Made by a program: the position numbers and the translations under genes. A stretch of DNA of 64,000 nucleotides from Candidatus Delongbacteria bacterium. GTDB lineage: Bacteria > CAIWAD01. Below, in pieces: positions 37,905 to 48,710 of the stretch. Numbering within the stretch: position 1 is the stretch's first letter; each line of letters starts with the position of its first letter. The stretch spans positions 2,773,664-2,837,663 of the forward strand of contig OY760505.1 of NCBI GenBank assembly GCA_963663545.1. Reading direction: 5' to 3'. The notes beneath the pieces are model-generated. The model had not been told where the DNA came from, did not search any database, and saw nothing but the letters and a program-made list of their open reading frames with translations.

Positions 37905-39743
37905 CTAGTAGTCAAATCCGAAGTGCGAACGATGATCCTCAACCGAAGAACGTTCTTTGATCCACGCAGCCCAAACACCATAGCTTCCGTTTTGCATGCG
38001 TGTGTAGAAGTCGTTGCGACGCGCTTCGGCTTCTTCGGCATAGCTGGCCGTCAGCTCAGCAACTGGTGTCACGGTGATACACTCGATCAAGTACAGGCCC
38101 TTCTGTCCCTCAATCGGAGCCGAAACCGTTCCCGGCTGCATGGCGAAGAGGGCGGTGGTGAAGTTCAGATCGCGACCTACGTCACCGCGCACATACTGAT
38201 TGATGCGAATCTCTTCCTCGATGGCTCCGAACTTGGCACCATCTACAGCCATTGTGCTGTCAAGGGTTGTCGGAGTGCCATGCGTAGCCAGCCAGGACTG
38301 AAGTGCACCTTGAGCGTCGGCGGTCTGCAGCTGTTTCGTGACAGCATTGTAAACCACATCACGACGGGCCTCGAAGGGCTCAACGCCTGCAGGATTGACC
38401 TTGGTTACGCTGATGACGTACCAGCCACGATCGGCGACATAAACGGGCTGTAACACATCACCCTCGCTAGCAGCGAAGATGAGGGCACTGGCGCGCTCGT
38501 TACGTCCGACTCCAGGAATGGAACCTTCTGCGGTGAAGGGACGGCCATCACTGATCTTCATCTCTCGCAGCTCGGCAACCCGTGCAAGCGGCGTAGTCTG
38601 CGCCTCATCGTAGATGGCGTCGGCTTTGGCTCGCAGATCACTGTACGTCATGCTACTGGCTTGAACCTTGATCAGGATGTGCTGCGCGTTGACCATGTCC
38701 TCACGCTCACCCTGCTCGTTCTCGCGCTCTTCGTGACCATTGACCTTGATCAGGTGGAGACCGAAGCGTGTCTCAATGGGACCAACAATGCTGCCGATCT
38801 CGGCGTCAAAAGCCGCATCGGAGAAGGGCTTGACCATACGGTTCCGGTTGAACCAGCCCAAGTCACCGCCATTCTCGCTGTTGCTTTCGTCACCACTGTG
38901 GTAACGGGCCAGGTCGCCGAAATCCTGTCCATCAGCAAGCTGCTGCTGCAGGAAATGAATCTGGTCCCGGGCATCCGCGCTGTCCTCGGCACTCGGCTCG
39001 ATTTTCAACTGTACGTACTGGATCTCGCGGGTCTCGTCCACCTTGTACTCCTCGCGATGCTCGCGATAGTACTGCTGCAGCATGTTGTCCGTGATACGCG
39101 AAGAGTCAATCTTATAATCCGCGAAGGGGAAGAGTAAATAGCGCGCAGTGGCCGTCTGATTGCGCGAAATGTACTCGTCCATCAGGTCTGCTTCGCTGGG
39201 GATCATGGACGCAGCGAACCGTTCGCGCAGCTTCTCGAGCGGCATTGTCTCGCGGAAGCTCGCTTCGGTATTGGCGATCCAGTTGGCCATCTGCGGGTTA
39301 CGCAGAAAGTCTTTCCACTTCAGCGTGTCAAAGACACCGGCGGTCTGTAAGCTGCTATCACGGGTAACCCACGCAGGAGGAGCGTAAATCAGGCGATCGC
39401 TGATCTCTTTCTCGCTGCTGCCGTAGCCGACCTCATCGATCACCTGCTGCTCAAGCGTCAGATTGACCAGATCGTTCCAACTACCGCGACGGGCTTCACG
39501 AATGGCATTCTCGTCAGCTCGGGTACCGTTTTGCTGCTCTTCGCGCTGCAGGCGATTGCGTACGATCTGCTCGTAGCGCTGCAAATCCACCTTTTCGCCG
39601 TTGATCACGGCCACGGTGGTGTTGTTGCCCTTCTGTACAGTGCTGAAGCCGCCCATACCCCAACTGAAAACGATGGTGGCGACGAAGGCAAGAACCAAAA
39701 TCCAAAGCACAACCTTGGTGTTCTCGCGCATTTTGCGAATCAT
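37905..39743 (-). CDS. periplasmic peptidyl-prolyl isomerase / chaperone (PpiD/SurA family)
   Basis: 612-aa ORF; N-terminal membrane anchor VVLWILVLAFVATIVF; parvulin-like region ...FGLHLIKV... Confidence 0.7.
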   Translation of the reverse strand: MIRKMRENTKVVLWILVLAFVATIVFSWGMGGFSTVQKGNNTTVAVINGEKVDLQRYEQIVRNRLQREEQQNGTRADENAIREARRGSWNDLVNLTLEQQVIDEVGYGSSEKEISDRLIYAPPAWVTRDSSLQTAGVFDTLKWKDFLRNPQMANWIANTEASFRETMPLEKLRERFAASMIPSEADLMDEYISRNQTATARYLLFPFADYKIDSSRITDNMLQQYYREHREEYKVDETREIQYVQLKIEPSAEDSADARDQIHFLQQQLADGQDFGDLARYHSGDESNSENGGDLGWFNRNRMVKPFSDAAFDAEIGSIVGPIETRFGLHLIKVNGHEERENEQGEREDMVNAQHILIKVQASSMTYSDLRAKADAIYDEAQTTPLARVAELREMKISDGRPFTAEGSIPGVGRNERASALIFAASEGDVLQPVYVADRGWYVISVTKVNPAGVEPFEARRDVVYNAVTKQLQTADAQGALQSWLATHGTPTTLDSTMAVDGAKFGAIEEEIRINQYVRGDVGRDLNFTTALFAMQPGTVSAPIEGQKGLYLIECITVTPVAELTASYAEEAEARRNDFYTRMQNGSYGVWAAWIKERSSVEDHRSHFGFDY

Positions 39744-39966
39744 GGTGAGACACTCTCCGATTCAGGACTTCTTAAACCTCTAATAATACCTGATCGCTTG
39801 ACGTAAAGCAAGAGTCTTGTTTGCACAGGCAAAAGCCTTGAAAATGGGTTCCGGTACCAGAAAACCGCGCTGTACACTACCTTCAAGAGCTGCTTGTGAA
39901 AGTCCGTGCACATAACGGAATCTGCGCAGTACCGGTGTGCAGAAACACGCCCAGTTTGGAGGTCCT

Positions 39967-40785
39967 GTGAGCAATTTGCTGCAACGAATTCTGACCGCTG
40001 CGATAGCAGGCCCCATTTTTCTACTGCTGATCTGGCTTGGTGGCTGGTGGTTAATGCTGCTTATGCTGGGCTGTTCCTGTATGGCTTTCTTCGAGCTGCA
40101 CGAATTGTATCACAGAAAAGGAGTAGGTCACTCAGTGGCCTGGGTTCTGCCCTTTGTCATTTTGCTGCCTTTGGCAGCGGGCGTAAGCAAGACCGATTTC
40201 CTTAGCGTCTTTGGCACGTTGAGTTTCGGCTGGTTCCTGCTGTTGCTGCTGCGAGAGCTGTTCTCTTCGCGCTCCTCTGTGCTTGTCAGCCTGGGAGCAG
40301 CGGTTCTTACCGGTGTACTGGCTTGTCTGCCCTTTGCCTCTGTGGTGGCGCTGGATACAATTCTGCATCCGGCAGGGTTACGCAATCTTCTACTTCTGGT
40401 AGTGCTTTCGACCTGGGTGATGGACAGTGCCGCCTATTTTGGTGGGATCAACTTCGGGCGACATAAACTCTTTGAGCGTGTATCACCAAAGAAAACCGTC
40501 GAGGGATTCCTGTTTGGCATCGTTGGTGCGCTGATGTCGGGAGCGCTTGCCGGCTTGCTGATGGATTCGATTCCCTTGAGAGCTGCGCTGATTGCTACGG
40601 GCCTTGTTGGCGTGTTTGGACCGCTGGGCGATCTGCTGGAATCCCGCTTAAAGCGTGATGCAGGCGCCAAGGATAGCTCAACTCTGCTTCCCGGCCATGG
40701 CGGCCTATTGGACCGTTTCGACTCCTGGATTTTCGTAATGCCGGCCCTCTACCTTCTCTGTTCAAGTGGCCTTCTGTTGAAATGA
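39967..40785 (+). CDS. cdsA: phosphatidate cytidylyltransferase
   Basis: C-terminal signature ...GDLLESRLKRDAGAKDSSTLLPGHGGLLDRFDS; start at GTG 39967 after ggagg (track start 39937). Confidence 0.85.
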   Translation: MSNLLQRILTAAIAGPIFLLLIWLGGWWLMLLMLGCSCMAFFELHELYHRKGVGHSVAWVLPFVILLPLAAGVSKTDFLSVFGTLSFGWFLLLLLRELFSSRSSVLVSLGAAVLTGVLACLPFASVVALDTILHPAGLRNLLLLVVLSTWVMDSAAYFGGINFGRHKLFERVSPKKTVEGFLFGIVGALMSGALAGLLMDSIPLRAALIATGLVGVFGPLGDLLESRLKRDAGAKDSSTLLPGHGGLLDRFDSWIFVMPALYLLCSSGLLLK

Positions 40786-43382
40786 AAAGAGCCTTATCCA
40801 GCTGGCCGACCTGGGTCGGTGTTTTGTTGATGGTGTTGGCACGAGTTCCTTCACCACAGTACGGTGACGTGCTGCAGATCCCGCTGAGCTGCCTAGGTTT
40901 GCTATTCCTCTTCTACGGGTTGCGGCAGGCGCTCACGGAATATGCTGAGAAGGTCCGCGCCGTCGAAGCCCATCTGCCGGTGCTCTTCCTCGTGTATCAC
41001 GTTGCGAAGACCTGGGCCAACGACCTTGATGGTCCTCTGTTCTACGCAATCAGCTCTGTGTACGTATTGCTGCTGCCGGTGCTGTCCACACTGACTGTTG
41101 CCTGGTTTGTGATACGCTGGCGCGAAATACGTCCGATGAAGAAGGGGAAGCCGCATCGCTTCTTCACTGCCATCGCTTTGCTCTTCGCGCTTCTGGGTTT
41201 CTTTGCAGGTAGTGTCACACTGTTGATTCCCGCAGTGATTCCCGTCGTCTGGGACTGGATCCGTCGCCCTGCAGTGCAGGCCAGACTGAAGTATTACACG
41301 CCGCTGCTGATTCTGACAGCCGTTTTCCTGATCGTGGGACACATCAATCCCGGCCTCGAAGAAAGCAGCCAGGGTGGCGCGAGTCTTGTCAACGACATTG
41401 GCAACAACACGGAGAGCTTGCTGGGACAAGCGCCATTGCACACGCTGAACGCGCTAAGCGAGTGCTGGCTCTTTCTTGTGACCTGGCTATCGGTGCTGGT
41501 GCTAATTGGAAGTCTCGTGAGACACGCGGGCATTCGCACCAAGCTGACAGCGAACGCAATGCTCTCAAGTCTGCTGCCCATGGGAGTGTTGCTGGGTGTG
41601 GCGACGACGATTGCCATTCTCATGATGGGCGCATACAGAGCGCGCCTGGTGCTCATGCAGAGCGAACAGCAGTTGGAGCAACACCAGCTGGTTACCAACT
41701 GGTTCGCTGAGGCGATGGAGAACCCGCTGGATCAGGATGCGCGTCGCCGATTCGAACGCCAATTGGGCAGTCTAACCATTGGCGTACTACCGCAGGCGTT
41801 CTTCAGTCTATACTTGCCCGATGGTGATGCGGCCAAAGAGGATAGTCTGGATCATTGGCGACATCTGACTTCCACTTGGCAGCGCCCAAGTGATTTCGAA
41901 ATGCAGGAAATCAGCCTGCCGTGCAATCGTGATACATTGGACCGTGACGGTCTAATGGTCATCAATCAGCATCTCTATTCCGTCTCACTCGTAGAGCGCA
42001 GTGGCCTGCTTGCTGTTGGCTACTTTCTGCGAAGCCAGGAAAACCTGGAGGAGGTTGGCGGCGAGCTGGCAGCGGCGTTACGCATTGACGAGATCGCCGA
42101 CGGGGATCTGCCCAAATACGCGCTCTACCGCATGGGATTTGCCAAGCAGCCTGCGCGCACGCAGCTTGTTGCCACACCGGATTACCCCGAGCACACTCGC
42201 AGCCTGTTGCAGCGATTGCGCGTGGCTGGCATGACCCGACTGGACAACGACAACTTCGTCCTTGACGACCCCCATACTGCGCTTGTGGCAACGGTGCAGT
42301 CCTTTCCACAGCAGATGATGCGCAACGTCCTTTTTCAGAACGAAATCATCGGTGCCAGTTATATGCTGCTCATGTTCGTCGAACTGATGCTTGTGTTACC
42401 GCTTTTGCTGGGCGGCATTTGGGTGGCCTGGCTGCTCAACCGCCAGATTGACCGCAGTGTGCACCAGTTGAAGCGTGGAACCCACGAGTTGGCGCAGGGT
42501 AATCTGGATCACGTGATCGAGGTAGAAACCACAGACGAGCTCGGACAACTCGCAAGCAGCTTCAACAACATGAGTCGCCGCATTCGTGCCAATATCGACG
42601 AGCTGGCGCAGAAGGAGCGTCTTGAGCGAGATCTTGAGTTGGCGAGACGCATTCAGCGTGGCTTGTTGCCGCAAGTAGCGCCGCGTATCACAGGACTTGA
42701 TGTGGCCGGTGTCAATCGCATGGCTCAGGCAGTAGGCGGCGATTACTACGACGGCATCAGTCTGGATGATCGCGAACTCGTACTGGCACTCGGTGATGCA
42801 TCGGGAAAAGGGGTACCGGCTTCACTGTTGATGTCTAATTTGCAGGCAGCCTGGCGTGCATTGGCCACCGGGGGGCTGGAGTTGAACGAGGTAAATCGTC
42901 GTTTGAATGAACAGCTTGCTGCCTCCACAACCGACGAGATGTTCGTCACCTTTTTCCAATGCCGTTTCCGCAGACGTGATACAGGTGGCTTTCACTTGTG
43001 TTACAGCAATGCAGGCCACAATCCGCCTATTCTGCTGCGAGGCGGCGAGACCCACGAGTTGGGAGAGGGCGGCTTGGCGCTGGGCATGTTTGGCGGGATG
43101 GCGTACACTCAGGGGGAATTGGATTTCCTTCCAGGCGACCGGCTGCTACTCTATACCGACGGCATTAATGAAACCATGAATCCAGTCGGCGAAGAGTATG
43201 GTGAAGAGCGCATTCGCGAATACCTGCGATGCTGTTCCAGCAATAGCGTGCGCCACATGGTGGACGGATTGATGATTGATGTAGAGCGCTTCCAGGCGGA
43301 AGCCCCGACCTATGACGACCAGACGCTGCTGGCAATTCATTGCACGGAAGACAGTGATACATCATCTGCTACCGGGGAGTGA
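40782..43382 (+). CDS. membrane sensor with HAMP domain and PP2C/SpoIIE-type serine phosphatase domain (RsbU-like)
   Basis: 866 aa; N-terminal TM region; HAMP-like ...ELAQGNLDHVIEVETTDELGQLASSFNNMSRRI; phosphatase region GGDYYDGISL...LGDASGKGVPASLLM...LLLYTDGINE. Confidence 0.75.
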   Translation: MKRALSSWPTWVGVLLMVLARVPSPQYGDVLQIPLSCLGLLFLFYGLRQALTEYAEKVRAVEAHLPVLFLVYHVAKTWANDLDGPLFYAISSVYVLLLPVLSTLTVAWFVIRWREIRPMKKGKPHRFFTAIALLFALLGFFAGSVTLLIPAVIPVVWDWIRRPAVQARLKYYTPLLILTAVFLIVGHINPGLEESSQGGASLVNDIGNNTESLLGQAPLHTLNALSECWLFLVTWLSVLVLIGSLVRHAGIRTKLTANAMLSSLLPMGVLLGVATTIAILMMGAYRARLVLMQSEQQLEQHQLVTNWFAEAMENPLDQDARRRFERQLGSLTIGVLPQAFFSLYLPDGDAAKEDSLDHWRHLTSTWQRPSDFEMQEISLPCNRDTLDRDGLMVINQHLYSVSLVERSGLLAVGYFLRSQENLEEVGGELAAALRIDEIADGDLPKYALYRMGFAKQPARTQLVATPDYPEHTRSLLQRLRVAGMTRLDNDNFVLDDPHTALVATVQSFPQQMMRNVLFQNEIIGASYMLLMFVELMLVLPLLLGGIWVAWLLNRQIDRSVHQLKRGTHELAQGNLDHVIEVETTDELGQLASSFNNMSRRIRANIDELAQKERLERDLELARRIQRGLLPQVAPRITGLDVAGVNRMAQAVGGDYYDGISLDDRELVLALGDASGKGVPASLLMSNLQAAWRALATGGLELNEVNRRLNEQLAASTTDEMFVTFFQCRFRRRDTGGFHLCYSNAGHNPPILLRGGETHELGEGGLALGMFGGMAYTQGELDFLPGDRLLLYTDGINETMNPVGEEYGEERIREYLRCCSSNSVRHMVDGLMIDVERFQAEAPTYDDQTLLAIHCTEDSDTSSATGE

Positions 43383-43386
43383 TACT

Positions 43387-44187
43387 GTGTCCAAAAACTC
43401 ATCTGCACAACCCGAGAGCATTATGCTTGCGGACGATCTGTGCGACGTTTGGCGGCTGGAACACTTGGCTGATGTCGATTCCACCAATCAGGAACTGTTG
43501 CGCCGGGTACGCGCTGGTACAGCGTATCACGGCCAGGTTCTTCTTACCGATATGCAAAACGAAGGACGTGGGCAGTTCGATCGTCGATGGGTGTGCCCGA
43601 GGGGCGAAGGACTGCTGGTTTCCTGGTTGCTTGAACTCAGACTACCTGGGCCAAGTCTCTCATTGTTGAGCCCGCTGACAGCGCTCGCTGTAGTGGATGC
43701 GCTGCGTGATACAGGTGTTGTTGCTTGGTGGAAGTGGCCCAACGATATCATGCTGCTGCACGGTGGCGGGGCCAAGGTGGGCGGTATTCTGATTCAGACC
43801 ATTCATCAAGGCGAGCAGTGTCACGCCGTTTGCGGACTAGGGTTGAACCTTGCACAAGAGAACCTGCCGGCAGAGTTGCGACAGCCCGCATGCTCTTTGC
43901 GTAGCGCAGGCCTGGACGTGGTTGGTAGAATTGAACTGCTCGAAAGTGTGTTACGCCATATTCATGGAACACTACCTCTTCTGCAGGATCCCGCACGTCT
44001 GTTGATGCGTCTCGATAGTGTGGATCTGCTGCGAGAAAGAACGGTTCGCCTGGTGCGTGGCGATGAAGTCCGCGAGTGTAAAGTGCTGGGTTACACCGAT
44101 ACCGGAGGTGTACGAATTGGTGACACAAAGGGCGAGACTGTGTATCACGCCGGTGAGATTCACTTGTTGCCTGACAGGAGAAACTGA
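43387..44187 (+). CDS. birA: biotin--[acetyl-CoA-carboxylase] ligase
   Basis: BPL catalytic-domain pattern ...GRGQFDRRW...KWPNDIMLLHGGGAKVGGILIQT; start at GTG 43387 after ggggag (alternative ATG 43423). Confidence 0.7.
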   Translation: MSKNSSAQPESIMLADDLCDVWRLEHLADVDSTNQELLRRVRAGTAYHGQVLLTDMQNEGRGQFDRRWVCPRGEGLLVSWLLELRLPGPSLSLLSPLTALAVVDALRDTGVVAWWKWPNDIMLLHGGGAKVGGILIQTIHQGEQCHAVCGLGLNLAQENLPAELRQPACSLRSAGLDVVGRIELLESVLRHIHGTLPLLQDPARLLMRLDSVDLLRERTVRLVRGDEVRECKVLGYTDTGGVRIGDTKGETVYHAGEIHLLPDRRN

Positions 44188-44189
44188 GC

Positions 44190-45032
44190 ATGTTGCTGGT
44201 CGTGGATATTGGTAATACAAACATCGTGCTAGGCATTTTCGACAAGAGTATGCTGCGGGCTTCCTGGCGCCTGGCGACCGACAGTACTCGAACGATCGAC
44301 GAGAGCTGGGTCATGCTGAGCAGCCTGCTTTCCACCATGCGTATGGATCCACGCATTATCACGCAAGTGGCTATCTCGTCGGTTGTGCCGGATTTAACCT
44401 ACCTCTGGAGCAAGCTCAGCGAAAACTATCTGGACGTGAAGCCACTGCAGGTGAGACACGACACGCCGGGTTTGCCATCCATCCGTTACGTGGACCCGCG
44501 ACAGATTGGCGCTGATCGCTTGTGCACCACCATGGCCGCCTGGCACTATTTGCGCGGACCCGCCATTGTTATTGATTTCGGCACTGCGACCACATTTGAC
44601 GCCGTGGATCACAACGGTGCCTTCATCGGGGGCCTGATTCTTCCTGGACTGCAAACGGCCATGCGCATTCTGCATTCCAAGGCCGCACGTTTGCCCAAGA
44701 TCGAGTTTGCCTTTCCAAGCAAGGTCATTGCCACTTCCACAGAAGAAGCCATGCAATCGGGCTTGCTCTACGGGACCGTTGCACAAGTGGAAGGCTTGGT
44801 GCAACGCATGCGCGGGGAGATGGCGGCACACGGCGTACCGGGAGAAATCCCTGTGCTGACTACCGGCGGCCTTGGACGCATGATCAGTAGACATTGCGAT
44901 GTGATCCATCGCCATTTGCCCTATCTGGTGCTCTTCGGGCTTGCCCTGATTCACGCCCGATGCACAGGTTGTGAGACAGAGCTGAATGACAGGGAACTCC
45001 GTAATCAACTGGAAGAGCTGGGACAATCGTGA
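44190..45032 (+). CDS. coaX: type III pantothenate kinase
   Basis: N-terminus MLLVVDIGNTNIVLGIF and length (280 aa) typical of CoaX; follows birA. Confidence 0.88.
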   Translation: MLLVVDIGNTNIVLGIFDKSMLRASWRLATDSTRTIDESWVMLSSLLSTMRMDPRIITQVAISSVVPDLTYLWSKLSENYLDVKPLQVRHDTPGLPSIRYVDPRQIGADRLCTTMAAWHYLRGPAIVIDFGTATTFDAVDHNGAFIGGLILPGLQTAMRILHSKAARLPKIEFAFPSKVIATSTEEAMQSGLLYGTVAQVEGLVQRMRGEMAAHGVPGEIPVLTTGGLGRMISRHCDVIHRHLPYLVLFGLALIHARCTGCETELNDRELRNQLEELGQS

Positions 45033-46534
45033 TTCGTGTAGCACGGCTCCTGTTAACACTACTATGCCTGACACTTCCGTTACGGGCCTGGCAACCACTG
45101 GAGCTACCGGGAGGTGTGATTCTGTGTCACCCGCGCCCCAATGCCGGTGACACACTCTTGCGCTCAACGGACATGGACAGCATCATGGTCAACGGTCATC
45201 TGCGCGGAGCCGGAAGCCTGTGGTTTGACCAGTACCAGATACGCGTACTCGAGGACGGACGCTTTGCCGCGCAGCTTCCTTTTCCCGAGGATCGTCTCTG
45301 GTCAGTGCGCGTAGAGGATCGTGATACAACTCGATTCGAACTGCCTCTACAACGGCCTGGCGGTGTCCCCGGTCCGGTGAGTGATACACAGGACTCAGGT
45401 TTGCTCGTGCCAGAACTTCCTGCCTGGGTTGAGCTTGGGGCGAACGCGGTACTTTCGACTGCGCCCGAGGGCAGCTATTGGCTCTTTCCGTTGGAAGGAA
45501 CACGCCTGCAGGCTAGCGCGCGTTATGGACAGTGGCTTCGCGTAGAATTGGGTGGCGGACGGTATGCCTGGACCAGCCTACGCCGCTTGGCTGGTTTTAT
45601 CGCCAACCCGCCCGGCGACGATCTGCACAGTAGCGGATCGATGCTGCAACTTGTCGAGGAGACAGAGCAAAGCCTGCGATTTGCGCTGCGTGTCACGGGC
45701 GGCCCGCCAGTGTATGAGCTGGACGCCGACGCTGGTACTATGCGTATCCGCTTATTCAATACACGCTGCCGACTTGATTGGGCGCAACTGCCGGCAGACG
45801 GCAGTGTGTCACACATCGATTGGCGTCCGACGGCCTCGGGTGAGCTGGAATTGGTGTTACAGGTTCAACCTGATGCTTTTCAGGGGCTGCGTGTGAAGTG
45901 GGATTCGGCCGGGCTGTTGGAACTGGAACTGCCACGGCAGCAGCAACGGTCGCGCGGCTGGCTGGGCTTTGGGAAATCACATCGACTTGAGGGCGTCCAC
46001 ATCATGCTCGACCCCGGTCATGGCGGACGTGATACAGGCTGTATCGGTGCATCGGCAACGACCGAGGCTGAGCTGAATTTGCGGCTGGCACAACAACTAG
46101 CGCGGCAACTGCGCAAGCGTGGAGCCCGCGTGACACTCACACGCGACGCGGACCGGGATCTGGGCTTATATGAGCGCGTGCATCTAGCGGACAGCCTGTA
46201 CGTCGATTTCTTTCTCTCGCTGCACTACAATTCGGTTGGAGAGCGCGAGAACCCGTGGAATCAGCAGGGCTTCAGCAGCTTCTACTACACGCCCTTTTCG
46301 GCGTCGGCGGCACGATGCTTGCATTCCGCTTATACCAAAGGTGTGGATCTGCCGGACGATGGCTTCAACTGGCGAAGTCTCGCAGTTTGCAGGCAATGGA
46401 GCTGTCCGGCGGTTTTGTTTGAGGCCGGCAGTCTGATTCACCCGCTGGAAGAGAAGAAGCTGCTGCGCGAGCGTTTTCAGCGCAGGCAAGCCAAAGCCCT
46501 TGCCCGTGGAATCGAAGACTGGTTCTGCAACTAA
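45029..46534 (+). CDS. N-acetylmuramoyl-L-alanine amidase (Amidase_3 family) with N-terminal extension
   Basis: C-terminal catalytic domain HIMLDPGHGGRDTGCIG...LHYNS...; signal-like N-terminus; GTG start overlapping coaX stop. Confidence 0.8.
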   Translation: MIRVARLLLTLLCLTLPLRAWQPLELPGGVILCHPRPNAGDTLLRSTDMDSIMVNGHLRGAGSLWFDQYQIRVLEDGRFAAQLPFPEDRLWSVRVEDRDTTRFELPLQRPGGVPGPVSDTQDSGLLVPELPAWVELGANAVLSTAPEGSYWLFPLEGTRLQASARYGQWLRVELGGGRYAWTSLRRLAGFIANPPGDDLHSSGSMLQLVEETEQSLRFALRVTGGPPVYELDADAGTMRIRLFNTRCRLDWAQLPADGSVSHIDWRPTASGELELVLQVQPDAFQGLRVKWDSAGLLELELPRQQQRSRGWLGFGKSHRLEGVHIMLDPGHGGRDTGCIGASATTEAELNLRLAQQLARQLRKRGARVTLTRDADRDLGLYERVHLADSLYVDFFLSLHYNSVGERENPWNQQGFSSFYYTPFSASAARCLHSAYTKGVDLPDDGFNWRSLAVCRQWSCPAVLFEAGSLIHPLEEKKLLRERFQRRQAKALARGIEDWFCN

Positions 46535-46576
46535 AGGCCACTGGACCCGGGCTGCAGCTTCCCTTTGGAGGGCAAA

Positions 46577-47536
46577 ATGTTCCGGAATCCTCGTTCCATC
46601 CTGCTGTGCATCCTGCTGCTGTGTTGCTCATGTGCAAAGCGCGAATTCACGCCCGACGGGACGCTGACGCATCCCTTGCAGTTGGAGCAAAATGCAGAGC
46701 TGGTCACGCTAGTCGCGCAGTTGAACGGCGAGTACAGACATGACCTTGCCAGGCTGCAATTGCGCGAGGATCTCCTGGGTGAACCACGCTATCTGGCCGA
46801 TGGCCGCTGGCTGCTACAGCTGGCCAATGAGCGAGGGCAGTTCCTCTATTGTGTCACACCGGGTGAAGGCCGCGAGAAACAGCAGCCAGTACTTCTGGCA
46901 AACGCCGACAGCATTGCCCTGGTCAGCCTGCGGCAGAGTGATTCGCGCCAGTGGCCCTGGCAGTTGCTGTTGCGCGAAGAGCGTGCTGAGACGGTGGAAG
47001 TGCTGCAAGTGGCTCCCGACGGGCGCCGTCGCAGTCTGCAAAAGGGCGTGCGCGGCAATCTGCATTTGTTGCAGGATCCGTTACGGCTGCGACTGCCGCA
47101 GGAAGAGGCACACAGCCAATTCCACGAGGAGCCGGGCAGCATGCATCTCGAGATTGATGTCCCGCTGATGGAGCATCGCGATGGTTGGGTCCTGGGGGAC
47201 CCGCTTCCCGTGGAAAACTCGTACCGCTGCCTCAACCGTTTCATCGAAGCCGTACGTCGTGGCAAATGGTCGCGCGCCGAGCGCAATGCCGATCTTGCCC
47301 TGATGCTGGCACTTCCGAACGGCGGCCATAGCCCGCGACTGGCGGCAAGTATGAAGTTGAGTGAGCCCGAGCTGCTGGACCGCAAGCTAAGCTTGCGGGC
47401 TCCCGCCTATGGTCCATTGCGTCGCTTCAGCAGCATGGATGGCCGTTTCTCTTGGGTTGTCGACTTCCGCAGCATGCCCGACAAGCACGGCAGCATGCGG
47501 TACCTCATCACGCGTTTGGAGCGAGTGCGAAAGTAA
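46577..47536 (+). CDS. hypothetical lipoprotein
   Basis: ATG 46577 after ggaggg; N-terminus MFRNPRSILLCILLLCCSCAKR (signal plus lipobox-like Cys). Confidence 0.5.
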   Translation: MFRNPRSILLCILLLCCSCAKREFTPDGTLTHPLQLEQNAELVTLVAQLNGEYRHDLARLQLREDLLGEPRYLADGRWLLQLANERGQFLYCVTPGEGREKQQPVLLANADSIALVSLRQSDSRQWPWQLLLREERAETVEVLQVAPDGRRRSLQKGVRGNLHLLQDPLRLRLPQEEAHSQFHEEPGSMHLEIDVPLMEHRDGWVLGDPLPVENSYRCLNRFIEAVRRGKWSRAERNADLALMLALPNGGHSPRLAASMKLSEPELLDRKLSLRAPAYGPLRRFSSMDGRFSWVVDFRSMPDKHGSMRYLITRLERVRK

Positions 47537-47658
47537 CCGCGCGCGTCACGCTCGACCCAGGATGGGCGCATTTTTATCCAAACAGAAGCAGAAGTCTGTG
47601 TTGTTGCTCAGAGGAGAGCTCCATGCTACCTTGAAAACGCGTACAAAGGAAGGAAAGC

Positions 47659-48690
47659 ATGGCCAACACTCGAGAATCAGTTCGTAAGCTGACAGAGCTG
47701 CGCGAGGCGGTCGCTGTGACACGGCGTATTCTTGTCGTGACACACGATAACCCCGACCCCGACAGCGTGGCCAGCGCGGCGGCCTTCCAGCAGATTTTCC
47801 GACACATGGACAAAGAGGCTGACATCGGCTCAGGAGGTGAGTTGGGGCGCAGCGAGAATCGCACCATGTGCCGCTTGATGGGATTTGATCTGCAGTCGAT
47901 CTATGACATCGACTTGAAGTCCTATGATTTTTTTCTGTTTGTCGATACCCAACCCGGCAGCGGGAACAACTCGCTGGTGATGCCCGAGGGAAGCCGCTTC
48001 GGCATTATCGATCATCACATTCTGGGCACGGACTGGCCGCACGATCCTTCCTTTGCCGATGTGCGCGAGAATTACGGAGCCACCGCCACCATCGCCTACG
48101 AATACTTGCTGGCGCGCAATTTGAAAGTTGATGTGCCCCTTGCTACTGCTTTGTATTACGCCATTCGGACTGAGACCAGCGACATGGGACGCGGCGGGAC
48201 GAAGGCCGATCGCGACGTCTATCTCAAGCTCCATTCCAAACTGGATTGGGAAGTTCTGCACGAAATCGTGCAGAGCCGTGTTACAGCCAACTACTTCGTT
48301 ATGATGAAGGAGGCTGTGGAGCGCGCGCGTCGCTATGGCCAGGCTCTGGTGGTCGACATCGGCCCCGTGCGACACCCCGACATCGTAGCCGAGGTCGCGG
48401 ACAGTTTCATGCGGCTTGAGGCCATTAACTGGGTCATGGTCTGGGGCTGGCGTGAGCAGGGCATCGTCTTCTCACTACGTCATCACTTGGAGCCGCACGC
48501 GGGGCGACTTGCGAGGCGGCTGGTTGAGGGCGTGGGCAGTGCCGGCGGTCACACGCAAATGGCCGGTGGTCAGGTTCCCGTTGAAGGCGCTGACCTGGAA
48601 GAGCGCCGTTTGCAATTCAGACGCGTGATCGTTCCCGCCTATCTGAAGGCGGTGGGGCAGCCAACAGACAATGGCATACCACTAGGCTAA
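47659..48690 (+). CDS. DHH-family phosphoesterase (NrnA-like)
   Basis: Motifs ILVVTHDNPDPDS, DTQPG, IDHH; ATG after aaggaagg. Confidence 0.7.
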   Translation: MANTRESVRKLTELREAVAVTRRILVVTHDNPDPDSVASAAAFQQIFRHMDKEADIGSGGELGRSENRTMCRLMGFDLQSIYDIDLKSYDFFLFVDTQPGSGNNSLVMPEGSRFGIIDHHILGTDWPHDPSFADVRENYGATATIAYEYLLARNLKVDVPLATALYYAIRTETSDMGRGGTKADRDVYLKLHSKLDWEVLHEIVQSRVTANYFVMMKEAVERARRYGQALVVDIGPVRHPDIVAEVADSFMRLEAINWVMVWGWREQGIVFSLRHHLEPHAGRLARRLVEGVGSAGGHTQMAGGQVPVEGADLEERRLQFRRVIVPAYLKAVGQPTDNGIPLG

Positions 48691-48710
48691 TGCGCAGAGA
48701 GGATGATTTG